Part shown: in pieces, positions 29,401 through 38,836 of the stretch
How the letters are laid out: every line of letters starts with the position of its first letter
Numbering within the stretch: position 1 is the stretch's first letter
NCBI GenBank assembly: GCA_038252405.1
Contig: JBBSAJ010000003.1
Span: forward strand, 72,381 to 136,380
Source of the DNA: Actinomycetes bacterium
GTDB lineage: Bacteria > Actinomycetota > Actinomycetes > Prado026
Length of the DNA: 64,000 nt
Direction of reading: 5' to 3'
Program-made: the position numbers and the translations under genes
Notes under the pieces: generated by a model
What the model saw: only the letters and a program-made list of their open reading frames with translations
The model's database searches: none
Told to the model about the DNA's origin: nothing

Positions 29401-30314
29401 GGGGACGGCGGGCCGAGCTCACCGCCCTAGCGGCCGGCGACCGGCGGGCACTCGCCGACGCGTACGAGGCACTGCACGGAGCGTCGTCGATGCTCGGTGT
29501 CGAGCAGGACCAGCCATACGGGGAGCTGGCTCTGGCCCTGTACGAGGAGCTCGACGACCGCGCCGAGCAGTCCAAGGCGCTCAACAACTTGGCCGTGCTC
29601 GCCTGGCTGGAGGGCCGCGGGACGGACTCGGTGGACATGTTCCGGCGGGCGGAGACGGCAGCGGCCGAGGCCGGCGACACCCTCGGGGCGGCCTCATCGC
29701 GCTACAACGTGGGCGACGTGCTGCTGCGCATGGGGCGCGTCGCCGAGGCCGAAGAGGCACTGGCCGGGCTGCTGACGGTGTTCCGCGGGCTCGGTGCCGA
29801 GGACTTCCACGCGACCACGCTGCGGGTGCGCGGGCTCGCCCAGGTGCACCGGGGGGAGCTCGATGCCGGCCATGGCCTGCTGGTGCAGGCGCGCGGGGCC
29901 CTCGAGCTGCTCGGTCTGTCCGCCGAGGTGCTCGAAACGGATGCCGCCCTGGCGGAGGCCCTGATCGCCTCCGGCTCCCCCGACGCCGCGGCCACCGTCG
30001 CCGAGACCGCGGTGCAGCGCGCCGACTCCCTCGGCGCCGGCTACCTGCTTCCGACGCTGCACCGGCTTAGGGGCGCTGCCCTGCTGGACGCACGACGGCT
30101 GGACGAGGGCGAGGCCTGCCTACGGCTAGCGCTGCGGGCCTGCGACACGCACGGCGAGGAGATCGAGCGCGGCTTCATCCTCGCCGAGCTGGCTCGGGCG
30201 GCGAGGGAGCGCGCCGACGAGGCCCTGGCCAGCGCGCTCAGGGCCGACAGCGAGCGGGCCCTGGCCAGTCTGGGTTTCGTCGGTAGCGCCCGCTACCCCC
30301 GGTCAGGGCCGTAG
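26427..30314 (+). CDS. Tandem class III nucleotide cyclase - STAND AAA ATPase - TPR protein
   Basis: FVDISGFT and VKWGGDA (domain 1); YSVKGDAINLAAR (domain 2); GEPGIGKS, LVFDDVH, GNPLF, FRHALIRD; helical repeats. Confidence 0.9.
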   Translation: MVVDASEQVVDRPPSLVEDSASERLKPYVPRLAVDWLRHHPERTYQEVEGSLAFVDISGFTKLTERLARKGKVGAEEMSDTLNATFAALLEVAYHDGAGLVKWGGDAVLLLFDGPLHAKRAARAAYRMRATMRTIGRLRTSAGQVSLRMSVGIHSGTFHFFLVGDPAYHRELIVSGPAASMTADMEATADAGEIGLSPATAAQLDPRCVGQPKGAALLLRGEPGIPILGVPPGKEVHDLDLAGILPVAIREHLLAQPGEAEHRTVAVAFVQFSGTDALLEREGPQALADALHEVMANVQQATASHGVTFFETDINRDGGKIMLTAGAPVSRGHEEDRMLRAARLVIERAGTLPLRIGVNRGPVFSGDFGPFFRRTYSVKGDAINLAARVMGKAAAGEVLATQAVLDRARTSFATEPLPPFLVKGKSQPVHARRVGPVVADVQQPAGFGDRELPLVGRDAELAVLTAAIDDARQRRGRLVELIGEPGIGKSRLVAELRSLADDVDVLFTTCEEYESTTPYFPFRALLRSLLGLSRDVPPEIAYRRLHQRVAVNTPDLVPWLPLVGIPLDVAVPETEETRRLDPRFRKARVEEVTTELLELLLPTPTLLVFDDVHLMDDASVDLVRHLVAGVAQRPWMVLTTRRDNQPDGYAAEPGRATEVRPQPLDPAAALALVSVSTEHEPLPPHEMQALARRAGGNPLFLRGLVLAAQQTGSIDGLPDSVEDLITAQIDRLTPSERTLLRYASVLGATFTTTQLEAMLDGEPVTVDAQALRRLQAFLVPAGADRYGFRHALIRDTAYEGLPYRQRRRLHDRVGTTLEAAADTPEDQSELLSLHFFHAGRSDKAWHYSRVAGERAAAKYAYVEAAELYARAVEAAREVPGLPGSELALAHESLGNARFRIGALPGARTAFRQARGLVPDDPVRTADLLRKEAEVDQRLNQLTSALRALSRAMRLLEQGDPGDVAVLAERSRLEGFYAVVRQNQGRYRESLRWGRRAELTALAAGDRRALADAYEALHGASSMLGVEQDQPYGELALALYEELDDRAEQSKALNNLAVLAWLEGRGTDSVDMFRRAETAAAEAGDTLGAASSRYNVGDVLLRMGRVAEAEEALAGLLTVFRGLGAEDFHATTLRVRGLAQVHRGELDAGHGLLVQARGALELLGLSAEVLETDAALAEALIASGSPDAAATVAETAVQRADSLGAGYLLPTLHRLRGAALLDARRLDEGEACLRLALRACDTHGEEIERGFILAELARAARERADEALASALRADSERALASLGFVGSARYPRSGP

Positions 30315-32075
30315 CCGCGGGTCCTCCACGAACAGCACCGGCATCGTCAGCGCCCCCGTGAAGCGGTTGCCGGCTCGGGTGATCGCGTTGACGTCGACGC
30401 AGAACCCGGCTGCCTGAGCCTGGGAGGTGACGATCCGGCCGGTGGTCCAGCGGTTCCAGCTGGGCGCGCAAGCTGGCGCCTGGGCGAACGGCAGGTCACC
30501 TGTCGGGGTGTGGAGCGACACGTAGACCGGGTAGGAGGTGAACTCCTCCCGCCCCTCGTCGTTGCCCCAATAGTTGTACCGAGCGAAACGTGGTTCCTCG
30601 CTCAGGTCGGGATGCGGGCAAGCGGTGGCCGAGCACTGCCAGTCGATCCGGGCCGGCTTCAGCGGGCTGGACGGCGTCCCGAAGCCGTAGAGCGGGTTGC
30701 CCGACGAGTCCTTGAAGCTGCCAGAGAGCTGGACCTGGGTACCTGCGGAGCACGGGGTCGGGTCGGTGCCGCAGGCACTGACGAGGAGAGACACGGTGCC
30801 GTTCGCCCCGTTGCCCAGGTCCGCTGTGGCCCGGCCGGGCACGTTGAGCAGCGACGGATCGATGGCAACACCAGGAGTTCCAGGAGCCTGCGTCACGAAT
30901 GCGTTCACGTCGACGGACGTGGTCGCATCGGGGCTAAGACCCGGTGCGCTGGCGATCAGCGTGACGCCGAGGCCGACACCGGAGTAGGTGACCTCACTGA
31001 TCGTCGTCGCGGGGTCGAGCTGCTGCTGGGACCGCGTGCTCAGGACGCCAACGGTCGGGTCCCCGGCATGCCCGGTGGCGGTGAGGGTCACCGCTCCCGC
31101 GTAGGGACTCGCGTTGTCGTAGGCATCGCGGGCCGTGACCTGGACATCGAACGACTTACCAGTGCTGAGGAGGCTCAGCGTGTCAGGGTGCAGGGGATCG
31201 CTGACCGCGTCGATGGTGAGGTGGGTGGGTAAACCGGGGATGACCGTGAATGACGTTGTCTGAGTCAGGCTGGTACTCGCCACTGTGACTGTGTAGGTGT
31301 ACACGCCCGGACGGGTCGGGGCGTCGAGCGCCAGCGTCACTTTCCCGTCGACGGTCGACGCGGACCTCTGGGACCCGCCGGCGACGTGGACCTGGCCGTT
31401 CACCGTCACCGGGTCGACCAGGTTGCCGTAGGTGTCCGTCACGGTAGCGGTCGCGTTGAAGGCGGTGCCTGCGCCGACGCTGCCGGTCGGACCGGTCACC
31501 GACAGGTGGGCCGGCGGGCCGGGCCTCACCGTGACCTGCGGGTCGGTGCCGCTCTGACTGAACCGCTGACCTTCGCTCCAGCCGTCCGAGTTCTTGGCCG
31601 CAGCAGCCCAGGTCCACCGGCCTGGCGCAGTTGGGGTGGCGGTGATCGAGAACGTCAGCGTCCGCCCGGCTGCGACCTTCTTTGCCCCTCGGTCATCCGG
31701 AGTGTTCACCTGGACGAGCGTGCTGCCAGGGCTGCCACAGCCTGTGGGCGAGTCCGTCGAGCAGGTGGCCAGCGAGTAAGCCCAGCCGCTCGGTGAGGTC
31801 GTGGTCCCCAACGTGACGTTGGTGAATCCCGCCGGCACGACGACCTGTGCCGAACCCATGCTGTTCGAGCTCGTCGTCGCGTTGGTCAGGGTCAGCGTGA
31901 ACGTCGTCGGCTGGCCGACCGTCGCCTGGACCGGGCCGATCGCCACCGTGAAGCTGGACGACTTGGCCGATCCCCAGGCGAGCGCCGCGGTCGCCGGCAG
32001 CACCGACACCACCAGGGCGCCGGCCAGCAGCGCCGCGCCGGACCAGAGCGAACGAGACCGCGGACGGCGTTTCAT
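30303..32075 (-). CDS. Secreted Thr/Ser-rich multi-beta-sandwich (Ig-like) protein
   Basis: Signal peptide ending ATAALA; repeated DxYGN/DAYDN Ig-like motifs; Cys-rich C-terminal domain. Confidence 0.7.
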   Translation of the reverse strand: MKRRPRSRSLWSGAALLAGALVVSVLPATAALAWGSAKSSSFTVAIGPVQATVGQPTTFTLTLTNATTSSNSMGSAQVVVPAGFTNVTLGTTTSPSGWAYSLATCSTDSPTGCGSPGSTLVQVNTPDDRGAKKVAAGRTLTFSITATPTAPGRWTWAAAAKNSDGWSEGQRFSQSGTDPQVTVRPGPPAHLSVTGPTGSVGAGTAFNATATVTDTYGNLVDPVTVNGQVHVAGGSQRSASTVDGKVTLALDAPTRPGVYTYTVTVASTSLTQTTSFTVIPGLPTHLTIDAVSDPLHPDTLSLLSTGKSFDVQVTARDAYDNASPYAGAVTLTATGHAGDPTVGVLSTRSQQQLDPATTISEVTYSGVGLGVTLIASAPGLSPDATTSVDVNAFVTQAPGTPGVAIDPSLLNVPGRATADLGNGANGTVSLLVSACGTDPTPCSAGTQVQLSGSFKDSSGNPLYGFGTPSSPLKPARIDWQCSATACPHPDLSEEPRFARYNYWGNDEGREEFTSYPVYVSLHTPTGDLPFAQAPACAPSWNRWTTGRIVTSQAQAAGFCVDVNAITRAGNRFTGALTMPVLFVEDPRLRP

Positions 32076-32252
32076 CGGGCCCCCAGGGCAAAGTCGTGAA
32101 TTGGGGCAGCATGTCGGCTGCTCGGTGAAGCGTCAACGATCTTGGCGATCAGGGGTCGGATCGGACGGCTTTTCGGCCCAATCCTGTCGAAACTGTCACG
32201 TTGCGGTCACGCTGCGCTCGTGTCCCGTCGACGTGCGGCTCCCAGGGGCACG

Positions 32253-32675
32253 TCAGGACCGGTTGGCCGTCTCAGCCGCGCGCAGCCGGGCGCACAGCAC
32301 CGCCAGCAGCCCCTTGCATGCGGCCGGGTCGTCAAGGACGGGGGCGAAGGCCAGCGGCGAGATGGCCGCCACGCCGGTGCCGTCCGCCCCCGCGCGGACC
32401 GTCGCCGACCGGGGCTGCCGGTCGATGAGCGCGATCTCGCCGAGGTAGGCGCCGGCGGACAGGGTGGCCCTGCGGACGCCGTTGACCTCGACGTCGGCGG
32501 TCCCGTCGGTGATCAGGACGAAGCTGGCCCCTGACTCCCCCTGCTCGGTGATCAAGGCCCCGGCCTCGAAGGTCATCCGGGTGGCACGCTGGGCCAGCTC
32601 CTGCCGGGTGGCATCGGACAACCCTGCGAACAGGTCGATCTCGGCCAGCCGGTGCGCGATCTGGGTGCCCTGCAT
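32253..32675 (-). CDS. Stand-alone cyclic-nucleotide-binding domain protein
   Basis: LFAGLS...QGESG...GAYLGEIALIDRQPRSATVRA phosphate-binding cassette; no HTH. Confidence 0.9.
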   Translation of the reverse strand: MQGTQIAHRLAEIDLFAGLSDATRQELAQRATRMTFEAGALITEQGESGASFVLITDGTADVEVNGVRRATLSAGAYLGEIALIDRQPRSATVRAGADGTGVAAISPLAFAPVLDDPAACKGLLAVLCARLRAAETANRS

Positions 32676-32799
32676 CTTCTGCGTCCTCTCGTCGTCTGGC
32701 CGCTAAGGCTAGAGGGACGGGCGCCGCGGCGGGAGGGTTCTCGATTGCTCACACAGGGCGCGGTGGCCGTCGGTAGGGTGCACCACCTGGGAGGTGATC

Positions 32800-35700
32800 A
32801 TGGCCGAGAGCGCAGTCCGTTCGCAGCCACCAACGAATTCCGCCGGTCGCGGCCGGGTGACCGACCGCACCGTCCTGCTCGTCGCGTCCTTCGGCGCGTT
32901 CCTGGCCTTCCTCGACGCGACGATCGTCAACGTTGCGTTCCCCAGCATCCGGGCGTCCTTCGACGGGTCCTCAATCTCCAGCCTGTCCTGGATCCTCAAC
33001 GCCTACAACATCGTGTTCGCCGCCTTCTTGGTGATCTCCGGACGGCTCGCCGACCTGGCCGGGCGTCGCCGGGCCTTTCTCTCCGGTGTGCTCGTCTTCA
33101 CGGCGGCGTCCGCGATGTGCGCCATGGCCGGCTCGGTAGGCCTCCTCGTCGGTGCCCGGATGATCCAGGCGCTGGGCGCCGCCATCCTGGTCCCGGCGTC
33201 GCTCGCCCTGGTCGTCGAGGCCTTCCCCGCCCACCGCCGCGCACACGCGGTCGGGCTGTGGGGCGCGTCGGCGGCGCTGGCCGCGGGGCTCGGGCCGCCG
33301 ATCGGCGGCGCCCTCGTGGAAGCCGGCGGCTGGCGCTGGGCGTTCCTGGTCAACCTGCCGTTCGGCCTGGCCGCCCTGTGGGCCGGGCGCCGGCTGCTCG
33401 TCGAGAGCCGCGCCCCGGGGCGGCGTCGACTGCCCGACCTCAAGGGTGCCGTGCTCTCCGCGGCGATGCTGGGCCTGCTCACGCTCGGCATCGTCAAGGG
33501 CAACGACTGGGGCTGGACCAGCTGGCAGGTCCTCGGCTGCTTTGCTGGCGCCGCCGTCCTGTTCGCCGGTTTCGTGGTCAGCTCGCGCCGGCACCGCTCA
33601 CCGCTGCTCGACCCGGCCCTGCTGCGGATCCGGTCGTTCGCCGTGGGCAACCTTGCGATGATCATCGCGGGCATGGGCTTCTACGCCTACCTGCTGACGA
33701 ACATCCTGTGGTTGCAGTACGTCTGGGGCTACTCGGTACTGCGGGCCGGCCTGGCCCTCGTGCCGGCCGCGCTGGTCGCCGCCGTGCTGGCGGCCGTGCT
33801 GGGCCCGGTGGCCGAGAAGCGTGGGTACCGCCTGGTGATCATCCCGGGTGCCCTCGTCTGGGCGGTGGCGTACCTCTGGTACGCCACCCGGGTGGGGCCG
33901 ACCCCCGACTTCCTCGGCCAGTGGCTGCCGGGGCAGCTGCTCAGCGGGCTCGGGGTGGGGGCCACCCTGCCGGTCCTGGGCAGCGCGTCCCTGGCTGCCG
34001 TCCCCGGGGGTCGGTTCGCCACGGCCTCGGCGGTCAACTCCAGCGCCCGGCAGATCGGAGCCGTCCTCGGCATCGCGATCCTGGTCGTCCTCATCGGCAC
34101 GCCGACCCCGACGACCGCGGTCACGGACTTCCGGCGCGGCTGGGTGTTCTCCTCACTCTGCTTCGTGGCCGTGGCCATCGTGGCGGCTCTCGTGGGTCGG
34201 GTTCGCGCGGAGCACGTCGAGGCAGCGGACGCCGACGAGCACCAGCCGGCCCTCGTCCGGCTGCCGGACGTGCCGCACCCGCCCGCTGCCGGGGGGGCAG
34301 CGACGTCCGCGCCGTTGGTAGCCGCGCCGCTGTTCGCCCGGCTGCCGGAGCGGGCCCGGACCCGGCTGGAGCAGGAAGCCGAACCGGTCGAGGTCGCGGC
34401 CGGGGACTGGCTGTTCCACGCCGGCGATCCGGCCGAGGACCTGTTCGTCGTCCGCTCCGGCCGGCTCGAGGTGGTCATCGACGGCGAGCCGGTGCGCCAG
34501 CTCGGATCCGGAGCGGTGCTCGGTGAGCTGGCCCTGCTCACCGGCGGGGTGCGCTCGGCCTCGGTGCGAGCCCGTCGGGACAGCCACCTGCTTCGCGTAT
34601 CACGGGCGGCCTTCGAGGACGCCGTCGGCGACGATGCGTCGGCGCTGCGGGCGGTCGCGGAGGTGCTCGCGGGCCAGCTGAAGGACGCGCGCCCAGCGGC
34701 TGCCGCCGGCTCCCCGCAACCGCGGCTGGTCGCGGTCGTCGCCCTCGGGCCGGGTGCGCCGGTGGACGCGGTGGCCGACGTCCTGGTGAGCGGGCTGCGG
34801 CGCAGCCTCAGGGTCGGGGCCCCGGGTCGGGTCGGCCCGGACGGCCTGGAACGAGCGGAGCGTGACCACGACCGGGTCGTGCTGGTGGCCGAGGAGCAGG
34901 ACGACGACTGGTGGCGGCTGTGCGTCCGGCAGGCCGACCATCTGGTGCTGGTGGCCGCGGCCGGTGCCGAGGCACCCGCTGGGCCACCGTTGGGGCGCAC
35001 CCAGGCCGATCTCGTGCTGGTCGGCGCCCGGCCGGCGCCGGAACGCGTGCGAGCCTGGGCACAGACCATGGACCCGTGGCAGATCACCGTGACCGGCACC
35101 GACGACCTGCCCCTGGCACTGCGCCCGTTGACCGCACGCATCGCCGGCCGCTCGGTCGGGCTGGTGCTCGCCGGCGGCGGCGCCAGGGCCTTCGCGCACA
35201 TCGGCGTCCTGCAGGAGCTGGCCCGGGCCGGCGTCCACGTCGACCGGGTCGCCGGTTCCAGCCAGGGCTCGATCATCGCTGCGCTGCACGCGATGGGGAA
35301 CGACCCGGACACGATCCATGACGCCTGCTACGAGGAGTTCGTGCGGGCCCGGCCGTTCAGCGACTACACCGTGCCGACCGTCTCTTTGGCCAAGGGGCGT
35401 CGCGCCGAGAAGGCGATGCGGCGGCACTTCGGCGACGCCCGGATCGAGGAGCTGCCCCGCCAGTTCCGTTGCGCCAGCACCGACCTGCAGTCGCGCTCGC
35501 GGTTCACCCACCGCAGTGGCACGCTGGCCGACGCCGTCCTGGCTTCGATCGCGCTCCCCGTGCTGTTCCCCCCGAGACGGCACGACGGCCGGTTGCTCGC
35601 GGACGGCGGCATCCTGGACAACCTGCCGGTGACCTTGCTCACCGAACGGGACGAGGGGCCGCTGGTCGCCGTCAACATCGGCATGGGCGCCGGAGGTGAC

Positions 35701-35964
35701 CGGCCACGGCCGGAGGGACCGGGAGCCGCCACAGCGCCGCACCACGTCCGGGTGCCGTCACTCGGCGAGACCCTGCTGCGGACCATGTTCATCGGCAGCG
35801 GCGGCGCGGTGGAGTCGGCGCGGGCCGCCGGGGCGGTCGTCGTCACCCCGGCGGCCATGGGCGTGGGGCTGCTGGAGTTCCACCAGCTCGACCGGATGGT
35901 CGAGTCGGGTCGGGCGGCCGGCCGCGCGCTGCTCGACCAGGCCGGGCACCTGCTCAGCCAGTGA
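32800..35964 (+). CDS. DHA2 MFS transporter - cNMP-binding - patatin phospholipase fusion (Rv3239c/Rv3728-like)
   Basis: LDATIVNVAFP MFS start; GELALLTGGVRSASVRA; GGGARA, GSSQG, DGG patatin motifs. Confidence 0.92.
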   Translation: MAESAVRSQPPTNSAGRGRVTDRTVLLVASFGAFLAFLDATIVNVAFPSIRASFDGSSISSLSWILNAYNIVFAAFLVISGRLADLAGRRRAFLSGVLVFTAASAMCAMAGSVGLLVGARMIQALGAAILVPASLALVVEAFPAHRRAHAVGLWGASAALAAGLGPPIGGALVEAGGWRWAFLVNLPFGLAALWAGRRLLVESRAPGRRRLPDLKGAVLSAAMLGLLTLGIVKGNDWGWTSWQVLGCFAGAAVLFAGFVVSSRRHRSPLLDPALLRIRSFAVGNLAMIIAGMGFYAYLLTNILWLQYVWGYSVLRAGLALVPAALVAAVLAAVLGPVAEKRGYRLVIIPGALVWAVAYLWYATRVGPTPDFLGQWLPGQLLSGLGVGATLPVLGSASLAAVPGGRFATASAVNSSARQIGAVLGIAILVVLIGTPTPTTAVTDFRRGWVFSSLCFVAVAIVAALVGRVRAEHVEAADADEHQPALVRLPDVPHPPAAGGAATSAPLVAAPLFARLPERARTRLEQEAEPVEVAAGDWLFHAGDPAEDLFVVRSGRLEVVIDGEPVRQLGSGAVLGELALLTGGVRSASVRARRDSHLLRVSRAAFEDAVGDDASALRAVAEVLAGQLKDARPAAAAGSPQPRLVAVVALGPGAPVDAVADVLVSGLRRSLRVGAPGRVGPDGLERAERDHDRVVLVAEEQDDDWWRLCVRQADHLVLVAAAGAEAPAGPPLGRTQADLVLVGARPAPERVRAWAQTMDPWQITVTGTDDLPLALRPLTARIAGRSVGLVLAGGGARAFAHIGVLQELARAGVHVDRVAGSSQGSIIAALHAMGNDPDTIHDACYEEFVRARPFSDYTVPTVSLAKGRRAEKAMRRHFGDARIEELPRQFRCASTDLQSRSRFTHRSGTLADAVLASIALPVLFPPRRHDGRLLADGGILDNLPVTLLTERDEGPLVAVNIGMGAGGDRPRPEGPGAATAPHHVRVPSLGETLLRTMFIGSGGAVESARAAGAVVVTPAAMGVGLLEFHQLDRMVESGRAAGRALLDQAGHLLSQ

Positions 35965-36006
35965 GCTGGCCGGGCACCTCGCGCAGGGCAGCCGCGTCCA
36001 CCGCCG

Positions 36007-38079
36007 TCAGGTCGCGGCGTACTCGTCGGACTCGACGGCCAGGCCGGAGCTGAGCAGGGCCGGCACCCGCTCCTCGGGCACCCCCCACTTGGCCAGCTGC
36101 TCGCGGACCTTCGCCTCCGCCTCGGCGGACTGGTCGGCCAGCAGCCGGCGCTGCGCCCAGGCCAGCTCACGCTGGCGCAGCGCCCGCTCCATGCGCTCCA
36201 TCCTGGCGTCGTCCAGCGGCAGGTCGTAGGCGAGCGACGCGAACCGGGCGAGGTCCTTGCGGTAGTCGTGCCCCTTGGCCACGAACTTGCCGGGGATGAC
36301 GTTCATGGCGTTCTTCACGTCGATCAGCGTGATCAGGAACGTGGTGTACGGCCGCCAGGCGACCTCCGGCGGCACCCCGGGCTCCCTGCCCTCGCGGGGG
36401 CCGAGCCAGTCGGGGGCCTGCACCGCCAGCGGGAACCAGAACTTCGGCATCGGGTCGTTGTGGTGCGTGAGCAGGAAGAAGCGGGCCCGCTGCCTGGCCT
36501 CCTCCGGCAGCGCCAGGTACTCCTCGTAGGAGTCCACCTCGACGACCTCGCCGTGCGGGTCCCACACTGACGGCTCGGACAGCCAGCGCTGCCGCCACTT
36601 GGTGTTCGCGGGAGTGCCGAGGAACAGGCCCCGCTCGAGGCCGACACGGGAGAAACCCAGGGCGCCCTCCTCCTGGAAAACGTCCAGGGAGGTCTGCGCA
36701 CCGAGGCTCTCACCGAAGATCGCCAGCCGCGGACGGCGGTCCTCCGGGATCGCGTGCAGCCGCCACTTCAGCGCGTGCAGGAAGGCGTTGTTCTGGTCGA
36801 TCCCGATGCCGACCCGGCCCAGGGACAGCGGCGAGGGGCGCAGCGAGTACTGCATGGCCACGCAGGCGACGTCACCGCGGGTCAGGTACTCCAGCGCCTC
36901 GGCCGTGACGTAGTTGAGGTAGCCGGTCCCGGTCGGCGACATGAACACGATCAGCTGGCGCTCGAAGGCGCCCAGCGCCTCCAGCTCGCGCATCGCCAGG
37001 TCGGCCCGGCCGCTGGTGGTGTCGTTGGACTCCAGTCCCACGAAAACCCGGATGGGAGCCATCGCCGGCTCGTCCATGACCTCGGTGATCTCGGCCGGGG
37101 TCAGCGCCATGTTGACGAAGCGGCGTCCCTCGCGGCCGACGTCCTGCCAGGAGACGGAGCTGCGCGGGCCACCGCTGACGAACTCCGAGGTCGGCGGGGT
37201 GCGGTAGGCGGCCTCGACGGCGTCCCCACCGTGCTCGGCCTTGTGGAAGACCTTCTGCAGCCCCGCATAGCCGGCGCCGGCCAGCAGCCCGGAAGCGGCC
37301 AGGTGGCCCATCGGCTTGGCGATCAGCTCGGCCCGCGGGGAGAGCGCCTGCACCACCGCGCCCACGCCGTCGGCGAACAGCCGCTCCCCCTCCGCGAGCA
37401 CGAACATGCCGGCCGTGACACCGGTGCCGACGAGCAGCGCGCGGCCGGTCGACACCGACGAGCTCTCCTTCAAGGACAGGCCCGAAGCGTCCGTCTCGAC
37501 CCCGGCCCGCTCCATCGCCTTGCGCAGGGCGCGGTACTCGTAGGCGGCCAGTGCCCCGCCGACGGGGAGCGCGACCGGCACCTGCCGCCACCAGTCGCGG
37601 CCGCCCTCGCCGGAGAGCCGGTCGAAGGCGGCGTCCAGTCCCACCAGGATCGACCCGGACAGCCCGCCGACGGCGATCCGCCAGCTGGAGGTGCGGCCCC
37701 AGGCCCGGGTGATCCGCTCGTCCTTGCGCTGGGCCAGCACCCGCTGGGCCAGCACACCGGCGCCCATCGCCGCGACGTTGCCCACCAGGACGACGTTGCG
37801 GTGGGCGATCCGCTCGGTCCGGTCGGTCGGCCGGGCGCCGGTGACCTTGAAGGCCGCGCTCTCGATCAGCGACTGGGCCAGCGCGGTCAAGGCGTAGTTG
37901 AGGGTGACCGAGACGCCGGTGATGATCGCCTGGTCGGCGGTCGCGCGCGGCAGCAGCCCTCGGCTGAACGACCGTCCGACGCTGGTGGACGCGGCCAGCA
38001 CGCCCGCCCGCTCGGGCAGCTGCATCCCCCGCTCGGTAGCGTTCAGCATCCGGCTGGCCAGCTGCACCACGTTCGCCAT
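36007..38079 (-). CDS. Membrane alpha/beta hydrolase (Abhydrolase_9 family)
   Basis: GREGRRFV, PIRVFVG, PTGTGYLN, MQYS, GESLG, HNDP, GHDY. Confidence 0.85.
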   Translation of the reverse strand: MANVVQLASRMLNATERGMQLPERAGVLAASTSVGRSFSRGLLPRATADQAIITGVSVTLNYALTALAQSLIESAAFKVTGARPTDRTERIAHRNVVLVGNVAAMGAGVLAQRVLAQRKDERITRAWGRTSSWRIAVGGLSGSILVGLDAAFDRLSGEGGRDWWRQVPVALPVGGALAAYEYRALRKAMERAGVETDASGLSLKESSSVSTGRALLVGTGVTAGMFVLAEGERLFADGVGAVVQALSPRAELIAKPMGHLAASGLLAGAGYAGLQKVFHKAEHGGDAVEAAYRTPPTSEFVSGGPRSSVSWQDVGREGRRFVNMALTPAEITEVMDEPAMAPIRVFVGLESNDTTSGRADLAMRELEALGAFERQLIVFMSPTGTGYLNYVTAEALEYLTRGDVACVAMQYSLRPSPLSLGRVGIGIDQNNAFLHALKWRLHAIPEDRRPRLAIFGESLGAQTSLDVFQEEGALGFSRVGLERGLFLGTPANTKWRQRWLSEPSVWDPHGEVVEVDSYEEYLALPEEARQRARFFLLTHHNDPMPKFWFPLAVQAPDWLGPREGREPGVPPEVAWRPYTTFLITLIDVKNAMNVIPGKFVAKGHDYRKDLARFASLAYDLPLDDARMERMERALRQRELAWAQRRLLADQSAEAEAKVREQLAKWGVPEERVPALLSSGLAVESDEYAAT

Positions 38080-38200
38080 GGTCTCGCCTCTCCCATGCGT
38101 TCCGTCGCCCCCACCCTGCCCGATCCCGACTGTCTCGGGAAGCGGGTTCCCCGGCACCGGGGCTTTCGCCCCAGCCGGGCGACGCGCATAGGCTCACCCG

Positions 38201-38836
38201 GTGACTGTTCGCCGCACCGCGCCCCTGCTGACCTCGGCCGCCGTCCTCGTCGTGCTGCTCGCCGGCTGTAGCGGGGGCAGCAGCCCGAGCTCCGCGGCGT
38301 CGGCCGCCTCCAGCAGCCCGGCCGCCTCGGCCAGCGAGTCGAGCGCGTCGCCCACGGCGAGCCCGAGCGACACGGCGAGCCCGTCGGCGTCAGGGGCCGG
38401 CTCGACGGCCTGCACGACGGCGCAGCTCGCTGTGGCGCTGGGCCAGACCGACTCGGCGGCCGGCAACCAGTACACGCCGATCGTGTTCACCAACCGGGGC
38501 GCCGCCGCCTGCACGATGGCCGGCTTCCCCGGGGTGGCGTTCGTGAACACGGCCGGCCAGCAGGTCGGCCCGGCCGCCGTCCGGGAGGCCCAGCCGGTGC
38601 AGACCGTGCAGCTGCCCGTCGGGGGCTCCGCGCACGCGATCATGGACTTCCACGACGCCGGGCTGTACTCGGCGTCCGCCTGCCAGGCGGCGGCAGCGAC
38701 GTACCTGCAGGTCTACCCGCCGAACCAGACAGCTGCGGTCCGGCTCACGTCCAGCCAGCAGGTGTGCACCCAGCCGATGAGCAGCCCGCAGCTGACCGTC
38801 CGCCCGGTGCGCCCCGGGGTCAGCTCGACCCCCTGA
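38201..38836 (+). CDS. DUF4232 lipoprotein
   Basis: Lipobox LLAGC, Ser/Ala linker, CTTAQL...FTN...CTMAGFPGV...VYPP. Confidence 0.85.
   Translation: MTVRRTAPLLTSAAVLVVLLAGCSGGSSPSSAASAASSSPAASASESSASPTASPSDTASPSASGAGSTACTTAQLAVALGQTDSAAGNQYTPIVFTNRGAAACTMAGFPGVAFVNTAGQQVGPAAVREAQPVQTVQLPVGGSAHAIMDFHDAGLYSASACQAAAATYLQVYPPNQTAAVRLTSSQQVCTQPMSSPQLTVRPVRPGVSSTP

Noticed and set aside
32190-32215. CRP/GlxR site (TGTCACGTTGCGGTCACG) upstream of the secreted protein
   Set aside because: Half-site spacing is 8 rather than 6 nt and the half-sites are imperfect
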